A DNA stretch of 64,000 bases from Balanoglossus misakiensis. Lineage: Eukaryota > Animalia > Hemichordata. The first letter of the stretch is position 1; every line of letters begins with the position of its first letter. A model generated the notes under the pieces. The model was not told where the DNA came from. It made no database searches and saw only the letters and a program-made list of their open reading frames with translations. This document shows positions 12,601 through 26,784 of this stretch, one piece after another. Location of the stretch: NCBI GenBank assembly GCA_040954595.2, contig CM082581.2, positions 3,092,699 to 3,156,698 on the forward strand, in the 5' to 3' direction. A program made the position numbers and the translations under genes.

Positions 12601-15600
12601 CCTGTCTTAGGTCACCACTTTAAAAGCGGTCTTACCCGTCATTGGCACAAACAGTCTCAGGAAGTAAGCTTTCAGCCTACCAATGTAGCTATTATATTTT
12701 CCACTTTTTGTAAGTGAAGCCTGACTGTCGCCTGTCTTAGGTCACCACTTCATAAGCGGTCTTACCCGTCATTGGCACAAACAGTCTCAGGAAGTAAGCT
12801 TTCAGCCTACCAATGTAGCTATTATATTTTCCACTTTTTGTAAGTGAAGCCTGACTGTCGCCTGTCTTAGGTCACCACTTCATAAGCGGTCTTACCCGTC
12901 ATTGGCACAAACAGTCTCAGGAAGTAAGCTCTCAGCCTACCAATGTAGCTATTATATTTTCCACTTTTTGTAAGTGAAGCCTGACTGTCGCCTGTCTTAG
13001 TTCACCACTTCATAAGCGGTCTTACCCGTCATTGGCACAAACAGTCTCAGGAAGTAAGCTTTCAGCCTACCAATGTAGCTATTATATTTTCCACTTTTTG
13101 TAAGTGAAGCCTGACTGTCGCCTGTCTTAGGTCACCACTTCATAAGCGGTCTTACCCGTCATTGGCACAAACAGTCTCAGGAAGTAAGCTTTCAGCCTAC
13201 CAATGTAGCTATTATATTTTCCACTTTTTGTAAGTGAAGCCTGACTGTCACCTGTCTTAGGTCACCACTTCATAAGAGGTCTTACCCGTCATTGGCACAA
13301 ACAGTCTCAGGAAGTAAGCTTTCAGCCTACCAATGTAGCTATTATATTTTCCACTTTTTGTAAGTGAAGCCTGACTGTCGCCTGCCTTAGGTCACCACTT
13401 AATAAGAGGTCTTACCTGTCATTGGCACAAACAGTCCCAGGAAGTAAGCTTTCAGCCTACCAATGCAGCTATTATATTTTCCACTTTTTGTAAGTGAAGC
13501 CTGACTGTCGCCTGTCTTAGGTCACCACTTCATAAGAGGTCTTACCCGTCATTGGCACAAACAGTCCCAGGAAGTAAGCTTTCAGCCTATCAATGTAGCT
13601 ATTATATTTTCCACTTTTTGTAAGTGAAGCCTGACTGTCGCCTGTCTTAGGTCACCACTTCATAAGAGGTCTTACCCGTCATTTGGCACAAACAGTCTCA
13701 GGAAGTAAGCTTTCAGCCTACCAATGTAGCTATTATATTTTCGCCTGCCTTAGGTCACCACTTAATAAGAGGTCTTACCCGTCATTGGCACAAACAGTCT
13801 CAGGAAGTAAGCTTTCAGCCTACCAATGCAGCTATTATATTTTCCACTTTTTGTAAGTGAAGCCTGACTGTCGCCTGTCTTAGGTCACCACTTCATAAGA
13901 GGTCTTACCCGTCATTGGCACAAACAGTCCCAGGAAGTAAGCTTTCAGCCTACCAATGTAGCTATTATATTTTCCACTTATTGTAAGTGAAGCCTGACTG
14001 TCGCCTGTCTTAGGTCACCACTTCATAAGAGGTCTTACCCGTCATTGGCACAAACAGTCTCAGGAAGTAAGCTTTCAGCCTACCAATGTAGCTATTATAT
14101 TTTCCACTTTTTGTAAGTGAAGCCTGACTGTCGCCTGTCTTAGGTCACCACTTCATAAGCGATCTTACCCGTCATTGGCACAAACAGTCTCAGGAAGTAA
14201 GCTTTCAGCCTACCAATGTAGCTATTATATTTCCCACTTTTTGTAAGTGTAGCCTGACTGTCGCCTGTCTTAGGTCACCACTTCATAAGAGGTCTTACCC
14301 GTCATTTGGCACAAACAGTCTCAGGAAATAAGCTTTCAGCCTACCAATGTAGCTATTATATTTTCCACTTTTTGTAAGTGAAGCCTGACTGTCGCCTGTC
14401 TTAGGTCACCACTTTAAAAGCGGTCTTACCCGTCATTGGCAAACAGTCTCTGGAAGTAAGCTTTCAGCCTACCAATGAAGCTATTATATTTTCCACTTTT
14501 TGTAAGTGAAGCCTGACTGTCGCCTGTCTTAGGTCACCACTTCATAAGAGGTTTACCCTTCATTGCCACAAACAGTCTCAGGAAGTAAGCTTTCAGCCTA
14601 CCAATGTAGCTATTATATTTTCCACTTTTTGTAAGTGAAGCCTGACTGTCGCCTGTCTTAGGTCACCACTTCATAAGCGGTCTTACCCGTCATTGGCACA
14701 AACAGTCTCAGGAAGTAAGCTTTCAGCCTACCAATGTAGCTATTATATTTTCCACTTTTTGTATGTGAAGCCTGACTGTCGCCTGTCTTAGGTCACCACT
14801 TCATAAGCGGTCTTACCTGTCATTGGCACAAACAGTCTCAGGAAGTAAGCTTTCAGCCTACCAATGTAGCTATTATATTTTCCACTTTTTGTAAGTGAAG
14901 CCTGACTGTCGTCTGTCTTAGGTCACCACTTCATAAGAGGTCTTACCCGTCATTGGCACAAACAGTCTCAGGAAGTAAGCTTTCAGCCTACCAATGTAGC
15001 TATTATATTTTCCACTTTTTGTAAGTGAAGCCTGACTGTCGCCTGTCTTAGGTCACCACTTCATAAGCGGTCTTACCCGTCATTGGCACAAACAGTCTCA
15101 GGAAGTAAGCTTTCAGCCTACCAATGTAGGTATTATATTTTCTACTTTTTGTAAGTGAAGCCTGACTGTCGCCTGTCTTAGGTCACCACTTCATAAGCGG
15201 TCTTACCCGTCATTGGCACAAACAGTCTCAGGAAGTAAGCTTTCAGCCTACCAATGTAGCTATTATATTTTCCACTTTTTGTAAGTGAAGCCTGACTGTC
15301 GCCTGTCTTAGGTCACCACTTCATAAGCGGTCTTACCCGTCATTGGCACAAACAGTCTCAGGAAGTAAGCTCTCAGCCTACCAATGTAGCTATTATATTT
15401 TCCACTTTTTGTAAGTGAAGCCTGACTGTCGCCTGTCTTAGGTCACCACTTCATAAGCAGTCTTACCCGTCATTGGCACAAACAGTCTCAGGAAGTAAGC
15501 TTTCAGCCTACCAATGTAGCTATTATATTTTCCACTTTTTGTAAGTGAAGCCTGACTGTCGCCTGTCTTAGGTCACCACTTCATAAGCGGTCTTACCCGT

Positions 15601-18600
15601 CATTGGCACAAACAGTCACAGGAAGTAAGCTTTCAGCCTACCAATGTAGCTATTATATTTTCCACTTTTTGTAAGTGAAGCCTGACTGTCACCTGTCTTA
15701 GGTCACCACTTCATAAGAGGTCTTACCCGTCATTGGCACAAACAGTCTCAGGAAGTAAGCTTTCAGCCTACCAATGTAGCTATTATATTTTCCACTTTTT
15801 GTAAGTGAAGCCTGACTGTCGCCTGCCTTAGGTCACCACTTAATAAGAGGTCTTACCTGTCATTGGCACAAACAGTCCCAGGAAGTAAGCTTTCAGCCTA
15901 CCAATGCAGCTATTATATTTTCCACTTTTTGTAAGTGAAGCCTGACTGTCACCTGTCTTAGGTCACCACTTCATAAGAGGTCTTACCCGTCATTGGCACA
16001 AACAGTCCCAGGAAGTAAGCTTTCAGCCTATCAATGTAGCTATTATATTTTCCACTTTTTGTAAGTGAAGCCTGACTGTCGCCTGTCTTAGGTCACCACT
16101 TCATAAGAGGTCATACCCGTCATTTGGCACAAACAGTCTCAGGAAGTAAGCTTTCAGCCTACCAATGTAGCTATTATATTTTCGCCTGCCTTAGGTCACC
16201 ACTTAATAAGAGGTCTTACCCGTCATTGGCACAAACAGTCTCAGGAAGTAAGCTTTCAGCCTACCAATGCAGCTATTATATTTTCCACTTTTTGTAAGTG
16301 AAGCCTGACTGTCGCCTGTCTTAGGTCACCACTTCATAAGAGGTCTTACCCGTCATTGGCACAAACAGTCCCAGGAAGTAAGCTTTCAGCCTACCAATGT
16401 AGCTATTATATTTTCCACTTATTGTAAGTGAAGCCTGACTGTCGCCTGTCTTAGGTCACCACTTCATAAGAGGTCTTACCCGTCATTGGCACAAACAGTC
16501 TCAGGAAGTAAGCTTTCAGCCTACCAATGTAGCTATTATATTTTCCACTTTTTGTAAGTGAAGCCTGACTGTCGCCTGTCTTAGGTCACCACTTTAAAAG
16601 CGGTCTTACCCGTCATTGGCAAACAGTCTCAGGAAGTAAGCTTTCAGCCTACCAATGTAGCTATTATATTTTCCACTTTTTGTAAGTGAAGCCTGACTGT
16701 CGCCTGTCTTAGGTCACCACTTCATAAGAGGTCTTACCCGTCATTGGCACAAACAGTCTCAGGAAGTAAGCTTTCAGCCTACCAATGTAGCTATTATATT
16801 TTCCACTTTTTGTAAGTGAAGCCTGACTGTCGCCTGTCTTAGGTCACCACTTCATAAGCGATCTTACCCGTCATTGGCACAAACAGTCTCAGGAAGTAAG
16901 CTTTCAGCCTACCAATGTAGCTATTATATTTTCCACTTTTTGTAAGTGTAGCTTGACTGTCGCCTGTCTTAGGTCACCACTTCATAAGAGGTCTTACCCG
17001 TCATTTGGCACAAACAGTCTCAGGAAATAAGCTTTCAGCCTACCAATGTAGCTATTATATTTTCCACTTTTTGTAAGTGAAGCCTGACTGTCGCCTGTCT
17101 TAGGTCACCACTTTAAAAGCGGTCTTACCCGTCATTGGCAAACAGTCTCAGGAAGTAAGCTTTCAGCCTACCAATGTAGCTATTATATTTTCCACTTTTT
17201 GTAAGTGAAGCCTGACTGTCGCCTGTCTTAGGTCACCACTTCATAAGAGGTCTTACCCGTCATTGGCACAAACAGTCTCAGGAAGTAAGCTTTCAGCCTA
17301 CCAATGTAGCTATTATATTTTCCACTTTTTGTAAGTGAAGCCTGACTGTCGCCTGTCTTAGGTCACCACTTCATAAGCGGTCTTACCCGTCATTGGCACA
17401 AACAGTCTCAGGAAGTAAGCTTTCAGCCTACCAATGTAGCTATTATATTTTCTACTTTTTGTAAGTGAAGCCTGACTGTCGCCTGTCTTAGGTCACCACT
17501 TCATAAGCGGTCTTACCCGTCATTGGCACAAACAGTCTCAGGAAGTAAGCTTTCAGCCTACCAATGTAGCTATTATATTTTACACTTTTTGTAAGTGAAG
17601 CCTGACTGTCGCCTGTCTTAGGTCACCACTTCATAAGCGGTCTTACCCGTCATTGGCACAAACAGTCTCAGGAAGTAAGCTTTCAGCCTACCAATGTAGC
17701 TATTATATTTTCCACTTTTTGTAAGTGAAGCCTGACTGTCGCCTGTCTTAGGTCACCACTTCATAAGCGGTCTTACCCGTCATTGGCACAAACAGTCTCA
17801 GGAAGTAAGCTTTCAGCCTACCAATGTAGCTATTATATTTTCCACTTTTTGTAAGTGAAGCCTGACTGTCGCCTGTCTTAGGTCACCACTTCATAAGCGG
17901 TCTTACCCGTCATTGGCACAAACAGTCTCAGGAAGTAAGCTTTCAGCTTACCAATGTAGCTATTATATTTTCCACTTTTTGTAAGTGAAGCCTGACTGTC
18001 GCCTGTCTTAGGTCACCACTTCATAAGCGGTCTTACCCGTCATTGGCACAAACAGTCTCAGGAAGTAAGCTTTCAGCCTACCAATGTAGCTATTATATTT
18101 TCCACTTTTTGTAAGTGAAGCCTGACTGTCACCTGTCTTAGGTCACCACTTCATAAGAGGTCTTACCCGTCATTGGCACAAACAGTCTCAGGAAGTAAGC
18201 TTTCAGCCTACCAATGTAGCTATTATATTTTCCACTTTTTGTAAGTGAAGCCTGACTGTCGCCTGCCTTAGGTCACCACTTAATAAGAGGTCTTACCCGT
18301 CATTGGCACAAACAGTCCCAGGAAGTAAGCTTTCAGCCTACCAATGCAGCTATTATATTTTCCACTTTTTGTAAGTGAAGCCTGACTGTCGCCTGTCTTA
18401 GGTCACCACTTCATAAGAGGTCTTACCCATCATTGGCACAAACAGTCCCAGGAAGTAAGCTTTCAGCCTATCAATGTAGCTATTATATTTTCCACTTTTT
18501 GTAAGTGAAGCCTGACTGTCGCCTGTCTTAGGTCACCACTTCATAAGAGGTCTTACCCGTCATTTGGCACAAACAGTCTCAGGAAGTAAGCTTTCAGCCT

Positions 18601-21600
18601 ACCAATGTAGCTATTATATTTTCGCCTGCCTTAGGTCACCACTTAATAAGAGGTCTTACCCGTCATTGGCACAAACAGTCTCAGGAAGTAAGCTTTCAGC
18701 CTACCAATGCAGCTATTATATTTTCCACTTTTTGTAAGTGAAGCCTGACTGTCGCCTGTCTTAGGTCACCACTTCATAAGAGGTCTTACCCGTCATTGGT
18801 AAAAACAGTCCCAGGAAGTAAGCTTTCAACCTACCAATGTAGCTATTATATTTTCCACTTATTGTAAGTGAAGCCTGACTGTCGCCTGTCTTAGGTCACC
18901 ACTTCATAAGAGGTCTTACCCGTCATTGGCACAAACAGTCTCAGGAAGTAAGCTTTCAGCCTACCAATGTAGCTATTATATTTTCCACTTTTTGTAAGTG
19001 AAGCCTGACTTAGGTCACCACTTCATAAGCGGTCTTTCCCGTAATTGGCACAAACAGTCTCAGGAAGTAAGCTCTCAGCCTACCAATGTAGCTATTATAT
19101 TTTCCACTTTTTGTAAGTGAAGCCTGACTGTCGCCTGTCTTAGGTCACCACTTCATAAGAGGTCTTACCCGTCATTGGCACAAACAGTCTCAGGAAGTAA
19201 GCTTTCAGCCTACCAATGCAGCTATTATATTTTCCACTTTTTGTAAGTGAAGCCTGACTGTCGCCTGTCTTAGGTCACTACTTCATAAGAGGTCTTACCC
19301 GTCATTGGCACAAACAGTCCCAGGAAGTAAGCTTTCAGCCTACCAATGTAGCTATTATATTTTCCACTTTTTGTAAGTGAAGCCTGACTGTCGCCTGTCT
19401 TAGGACACCACTTCATAAGAGGTCTTACCCGTCATTGGCACAAACAGTCTCAGGAAGTAAGCTTTCAGCCTACCAATGTTGCTATTATGTTTTCCACTTT
19501 TTGTAAGTGAAGCCTGACTGTCGCCTGTCTTAGGTCACCACTTCATAAGAGGTCTTACCCGTCATTGGCACAAACAGTCTCAGGAAGTAAGCTTTCAGCC
19601 TACCAATGTAGCTATTATATTTTACACTTTTTGTAAGTGAAGCCTGATTGTCGCCTGTCTTAGGACACCACTTCATAAGAGGTCTTACCCGTCATTTGGC
19701 ACAAACAGTCTCAGGAAGTAAGCTTTCAGCCTACCAATGTAGCTATTATATTTTCGCCTGCCTTAGGTCACCACTTAATAAGAGGTCTTACCCGTCATTG
19801 GCACAAACAGTCTCAGGAAGTAAGCTTTCAGCCTACCAATGCAGCTATTATATTTTCCACTTTTTGTAAGTGAAGCCTGACTGTCGCCTGTCTTAGGTCA
19901 CCACTTCATAAGAGGTCTTACCCGTCATTGGCACAAACAGTCCCAGGAAGTAAGCTTTCAGCCTACAAATGTAGCTATTATATTTTCCACTTTTTGTAAG
20001 TGAAGCCTGACTGTCGCCTGTCTTAGGTCACCACTTCATAAGAGGTCTTACCCGTCATTGGCACAACAGTCTCAGGAAGTAAGCTTTCAGCCTACAAATG
20101 TAGCTATTATATTTTCCACTTTTTGTAAGTGAAGCCTGACTGTCGCCTGTCTTAGGTCACCACTTCATAAGAGGTCTTACCCGTCATTGGCACAAACAGT
20201 CCCAGGAAGTAAGCTTTCAGCCTACAAATGTAGCTATTATATTTTCCACTTTTTGTAAGTGAAGCCTGACTGTCGCCTGTCTTAGGTCACCACTTCATAA
20301 GAGGTCTTACCCGTCATTTGGCACAAACAGTCTCAGGAAGTAAGCTTTCAGCCTACCAATGTAGCTATTATATTTTCGCCTGCCTTAGGTCACCACTTAA
20401 TAAGAGGTCTTACCCGTCATTGGCACAAACAGTCTCAGGAAGTAAGCTTTCAGCCTACCAATGCAGCTATTATATTTTCCACTTTTTGTAAGTGAAGCCT
20501 GACTGTCGCCTGTCTTAGGTCACCACTTCATAAGAGGTCTTACCCGTCATTGGCACAAACAGTCCCAGGAAGTAAGCTTTCAGCCTACCAATGTAGCTAT
20601 TATATTTTACACTTTTTGTAAGTGAAGCCTGACTGTCGCCTGTCTTAGGTCACCACTTCATAAGAGGTCTTACCCGTCATTTGGCACAAACAGTCTCAGG
20701 AAGTAAGCTTTCAGCCTACCAATGTAGCTATTATATTTTCCACTTTTTGTAAGTGAAGCCTGACTTAGGTCACCACTTTATAAGCGGTCTTACCCGTCAT
20801 TGGCAAACAGTCTCAGGAAGTAAGCTTTCAGCCTACCCATGTAGCTATTATATTTTCCACTTTTTGTAAGTGAAGCCTGACTGTCGCCTGTCTTAGGTCA
20901 CCACTTCATAAGAGGTCTTACCCGTCATTGGCACAAACAGTCTCAGGAAGTAAGCTTTCAGCCTACCAATGTAGCTATTATATTTTACACTTTTTGTACG
21001 TGAAGCCTGACTGTCGCCTGTCTTAGGTCACCACTTCATAAGAGGTCTTACCCGTCATTTGGCACAAACAGTCTCAGGAAGTAAGCTTTCAGCCTACCAA
21101 TGTAGCTATTATATTTTCGCCTGCCTTAGGTCACCACTTAATAAGAGGTCTTACCCGTCATTGGCACAAAACAGTCTCAGGAAGTAAGCTTTCAGCCTAC
21201 CAATGCAGCTATTATATTTTCCACTTTTTGTAAGTGAAGCCTGACTGTCGCCTGTCTTAGGTCACCACTTCATAAGAGGTCTTACCCGTCATTGGCACAA
21301 ACAGTCCCAGGAAGTAAGCTTTCAGCCTACCAATGTAGCTATTATATTTTCCACTTTTTGTAAGTGAAGCCTGACTGTCGCCTGTCTTAGGTCACCACTT
21401 CATAAGAGGTCTTACCCGTCATTGGCACAAACAGTCTCAGGAAGTAAGCTTTCAGCCTACCAATGTAGCTATTATATTTTACACTTTTTGTAAGTGAAGC
21501 CTGACTGTCGCCTGTCTTAGGTCACCACTTCATAAGAGGTCTTACCCGTCATTTGGCACAAACAGTCTCAGGAAGTAAGCTTTCAGCCTACCAATGTAGC

Positions 21601-22549
21601 TATTATATTTTCCACTTTTTGTAAGTGAAGCCTGACTTAGGTCACCACTTTATAAGCGGTCTTACCCGTCATTGGCAAACAGTCTCAGGAAGTAAGCTTT
21701 CAGCCTACCAATGTAGCTATTATATTTTCCACTTTTTGTAAGTGAAGCCTGACTGTCGCCTGTCTTAGGTCATCACTTCATAAGAGGTCTTATCCGTCAT
21801 TTGCAAACAGTCTCAGGAAGTAAGCTTTCAGCCTACCAATGCAGCTATTATATTTTCCACTTTTTGTAAGTGAAGCCTGACTGTCGCCTGTCTTAGGTCA
21901 CCACTTCATAAGCGGTCTTACCCGTCATTGGCACAAACAGTCCCAGGAAGTAAGCTTTCAGCCTACCAATGTAGCTATTATATTTTCCACTTTTTGTAAG
22001 TGAAGCCTGACTGTCGCCTGTCTTAGGTCACCACTTCGTAAGAGGTCTTACCCGTCATTGGCACAAACAGTCTCAGGAAGTAAGCTTTCAGCCTACCAAT
22101 GTAGCTATTATATTTTACACTTTTTGTAAGTGAAGCCTGACTGTCGCCTGTCTTAGGTCACCACTTCATAAGAGGTCTTACCCGTCATTTGGCACAAACA
22201 GTCTCAGGAAGTAAGCTTTCAGCCTACCAATGTAGCTATTATATTTTCCACTTTTTGTAAGTGAAGCCTGACTTAGGTCACCACTTTATAAGCGGTCTTA
22301 CCCGTCATTGGCAAACAGTCTCAGGAAGTAAGCTTTCAGCCTACCAATGTAGCTATTATATTTTCCACTTTTTGTAAGTGAAGCCTGACTGTCGCCTGTC
22401 TTAGGTCATCACTTCATAAGAGGTCTTATCTGTCATTTGCAAACAGTCTCAGGAAGTAAGCTTTCAGCCTACCAATGTAGCTATTATATTTTCCACTTTT
22501 TGTAAGTGAAGCCTGACTGTCGCCTGTCTTAGGTCACCACTTCATAAGA
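3643..22549. repeat. 130-bp satellite array, main segment (~146 monomers) with ~2571-bp 20-mer higher-order repeat
   Basis: Head-to-tail near-identical monomers, most with AAGCTT and GGTCACC sites. Diagnostic variants (28-bp deletion monomer, gtttacccttcattgcca variant) recur at 2571-bp and 3581-bp spacings. Confidence 0.98.
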
Positions 22550-24289
22550 GAGTCATTCCACAGTAAAGTGCACCCAAAAGTGTGACATTGACCCTTAAAA
22601 TTCAAACTTTCAATTTGAGTATGAAAGTTATACAGGTAAAGAGGACAGATGGTCTACCTTATGAAAATATATATTAAAAGATAAACTTGATTCATAGGGT
22701 TTCAGTAGAACCGATCGATTGACCTGATGTCATGACCAAAGGCAACGCGTGTAACATTGACAGACAATGTTTGGATTGGAGGGGTTTAAATGTAATGACT
22801 TGCACAGCTTTTGCTAAGGATAAGTTAATTACATTGTATTGGATTTGTTACTGTAGTATTTTGGGAGATAATTATATTTGGAATTTCTTTATTGCTTTTG
22901 AACACTAAAATTAAGCATTATTGGTAACATACGTAACATGGACAGACATTTTGAATGATATTCCTATCCATGCAGCAGCATTGAATACAAATGCGTTGCA
23001 TCACGAACACTGGACTGGAAATAAAGGTAACAGTGATGTGGCAGTGTTTTATGATTATCAATTTGACATTGTAATGCTCTCCCTAGCCTTCTACCATGTT
23101 ATACTACATTTATAAACATCCAGTAAACCAATTCTAATAATGCACCATAGCTGCCACTCCACCCATCTTTGCATCAATCACTGCATGCAGCTTTCAAGTC
23201 TAACCCGGGCCCTGTGTAATGCACTGTCTTCAAGCTGTAAGTTATGGCTACTTTGTATTTTCCTTTCATATTTTAACTTCAGTTTCTGGTTCATATTCAC
23301 GGAGCATGATGAAATACCCAGTATTAAGCTTATCAACACAGTCTATATGTGTACGGTCAGTATTGTTATTAGTTATCAAACAGTAATAATAATGGTCACT
23401 ATACACAAACTGGCCATGGCTGTGTGGCAGGCAGAGTTCAAGGTGTTTAGCATGCTATATGAAGGGTGATAAACTGTAGCAGGCATGCAGAACTAAAATT
23501 AAAATAGCCAAAGTTACAGCTAATGTCACCTCAACCAGCTTATCCTCTTAGGGCTTAACCACGCCAAGTGCACCTTGCCTACAGTTTTCCTTTCTTTTGT
23601 AATGCAGTTGGCCACTTTCATAAGCACTAGGTGACCTTACATCCATGTATTTTCATTGGTATGTTGTATGATGATGTACCACCAAAAATACCAGGATGTA
23701 TGGTCACTTAAGGGGTCATGAAAGTGACCTATTAGCTCCCATGCTTTTTTTTCGCTCTCTCTGAACAACTCTTCTTTAAGCACTTGCCAGTCCCAAGCCT
23801 GGATGAAGTGTGAGGGAGCCCTTAAAATTCAAAATTGAGTGTTCACTGTAGAAACTTGTTCACACTATAGATTTGAAAATAACAAGTCAGTATGGTCATA
23901 ATAATAGCAGGTAGGTTGAGTCCACCATGTTTCAACCAAACAACAAGTAATTTATTCACTGTCAATGCAATGCAGTAACTTTAACCACAATAACTGGACT
24001 CGATCTGTCCAACACATGTAAGTTACACCACCAGATCAGTCCTGATCACAGTCAAAGCAACTAGGTGTATGGTAACACTGAATGCAAAATGCAATGCAAC
24101 ATAGCTTACTGTTATGTCCATACAATTTTTAAAACAAGACATGTTTTAAAGATACTGCTAATCCTTTGAAGGACATACCGTACAAAAGAAAACACCAAGG
24201 TAAGTTTGCAAATGTTTGCTCTTAACAGTCATTTTCTTATATCAACAGTTAAAAATGTTACAGTACCCTAACGCATTAGTCTGAGAAAC

Positions 24290-24650
24290 ACAGAATTCAG
24301 GTAAGTTTAGATTGACTCTAATGAAACTCTTCAAACATCCGAGGAACACAACACTATAGTTCTCAACCCGGCCTGGAACTACTGATGACATTCTGGTAAG
24401 TTTACATTGTCTATAACAAAAATTTTCAAACACCAGAGGAACACTGGGTTATGTGACACTGTAGTACTCAACCCGGTCCGGTACTACTGACGACATTTAG
24501 GTAACTAAGTTTACATTGTTTATAACAAGATTTTTCAAACACCAGAGGAACACTTTACAATTGTACTCAACGCCTCCTGATGACATTCTGGTAAGTTTAC
24601 ATTGTCTGTGATGAAACTTTCAAACATCAGTGGTACCAATACAATAGTAC
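24290..24650. repeat. Four degenerate ~85-110-bp tandem units just downstream of the transposase stop
   Basis: Recurring ggtaagtttacattgt...ttcaaacaccagaggaacac...actcaac...ctgatgacatt blocks at about 24300, 24395, 24500 and 24590. Confidence 0.8.
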
Positions 24651-26249
24651 TTGCACCTAACCTAAAGCCATCTCTGCAAGTTCTGATGCAGCTTTAATTT
24701 TATCAGAGTCAAACATGAAATGTTCTCTATTAGTCAGTGATTTCAGACTAATTGTTGTTATTATTTCTGTCTTGGGCACCCATGATAAATCCTCATTTGA
24801 TGGCCACACATATTTGCCTTCGGACACCTTCTTCATGAATTTAACTTTATATAGATTTCCGTCTTCTTGGACAATCTGCATGAATAAAATAAAGTTTGGG
24901 CAATTAAAAATATTAATTTTGTTTACTAATATGTACAAGCCATGATTTGAGCCTTACAGTTCATTTTCTTAAAACCCACGTTTTCTTACATCTTTCAAAA
25001 TGTTACTGCAAAAATATCTTGACGATAAAAGATTAAATTGAGATCAAAATGAAGTAAGAGTATATTTGTGAATGTTTACATTTGTACATACCTGCCCAAG
25101 AAACATATGTGGTCTACCCCGAGCACTCTCAACTCGTGCCAGGATGAAGTCACAAATGTTATAGCCCACACATGACGATGTCTCAATACAGTCCTTCTCA
25201 ATGCCATCTTCACCAAGCTGGTCAGTCTCCTTATCATTTCTGAAATCAGCTGCAGATTCTAAAATAACAGCCAGAAAGAAAAAAAACATTAACACACATG
25301 ATTAACCAAACACAAGCCACCAACTGGGCAATACAATTCTGATTTGGCAGAGGAACAAAATCATGGTTCATTTTAATTGGTTTGAACAATAAAATTCATT
25401 CCCACTGAAAATGAAATATCTCCAAGTTCTATGAAGGGCACATCAATATTTATAATGGTTAACATGGTTCAGTGGATCCAGGTATACTCAAAGTTTTGAT
25501 AAGGTAAGTTAATATGTATGAATAGAAAAGACCTGTGTCAGCACATATTGAAGGGGATAGCTTCAGCATTCTCCAGGGATCCACCCATCTTCGGTTTTCA
25601 CAACCATTGGCTCCTTCTAGGCAGTGGTTGCAGTAACAGGACAAGTTTCTACTTTGAAGTGTATACATTTTGCCAGTACTACGGACAGAGTGCAACTGTC
25701 GAGTCCCTTTGACAGTTTTAACCATACGAGCGGGCCGGTTGCGTTGGATGTCACCAGTTGGTGTCCAAAAGAAGGTACGTCTGAATGTCTCTGAGTCAGA
25801 TTCTTTTGCCAAGGATTTCTCGAAAAAGTCATATACAGCCTGTGGTGTGGTAGGTATGAAGTCTCCATTTTTGACTGCCCTAGATAATGCTGCCTTTATA
25901 ACGCCACCTTCTCCGTCACATGGCCCCTTGCCGTGACGTGAACCAAAGTAGTTTCTTTCGATTGAACACTGGACATCATGTTCTGCAAATGACACATCTG
26001 CAAATGGTGTTCGGGATTTGTACTGGCTTGAACATCCGTCTGAAAATATGACAAGTCTCTTCACATCAAGCTTGCGTACATTTCTTAAATGTTCACAAAC
26101 AGTCTCGGTGAACTTTTGAACAGCATGGCTGTCATGAACTAGATCACTGGAAATGAAATTCACTGCCTCTCGGATCACTTGACCATTGCCATCTTTGTAA
26201 TATGCAATAACAGGATGAATTGTAACCAGGGTATGGTTCCAGTGTGCAG

Positions 26250-26784
26250 TATTACGGCTGGTTTCTCATGATTGTTCATGCATTGGGGAATCTGTAGCGA
26301 TGAGGTATCGGGCTCTGACGAGAACAGTGATCCACGGAGACACGTATCTGATTCACGTTCATTTATTGTCCGGAATTATATAGTACATCAAATACGCCTA
26401 GTAAAGTACATGAGGAAGGGAACGAGCTCAGTAGCCTGAGGTACTCCCATCTCCCGTTAGATTATTTTTCCTAACTTTGGAAACAAAGTTCTCTTATAAT
26501 TACTTTTCTCAAGGCGTGGTTAATAATGTAAAATATCACAAATACAATGTGTTACAATTTCATTGGACATCAGTCAACTCTATACGTACCAATTTACATA
26601 AAGTGTTATATAACAAAGTCAGTTCGGTGATGATTGACAATCAGAGCAGTCAGGTAAACACCCGCTCTCCCTATCTACTTCAAATACATAAAATCAAATA
26701 CTATCAAACATTGACATTTCCGAGCTCTGGATTAATTAACCCTTGAAATTGTATTTGACCTTTATACAGATCGTAACACTCCCC
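26250..26784 (-). mobile_element. Solo-LTR-like insertion (535 bp) in the transposase
   Basis: Flanked by 5-bp direct repeat TGCAG (26245-26249 / 26785-26789). Minus strand reads ggggag TGTTACGA...CCGTAATA with TATATAA followed by AATAAA. Removal restores the transposase frame. No GT-AG ends, so not an intron. Confidence 0.72.

Noticed and set aside
19648-19869. 73-aa ORF within the satellite
   Set aside because: Chance frame produced by a deletion monomer; it has a TTG start and a repeated peptide.
1-22549. CRISPR-like array
   Set aside because: Entire 130-bp units are repeated with no unique spacers, there are no cas genes, and the context is eukaryotic.
26250-26784. Intron in the transposase
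   Set aside because: No GT-AG boundaries on the coding strand; flanked by a 5-bp direct repeat, so it is an insertion.
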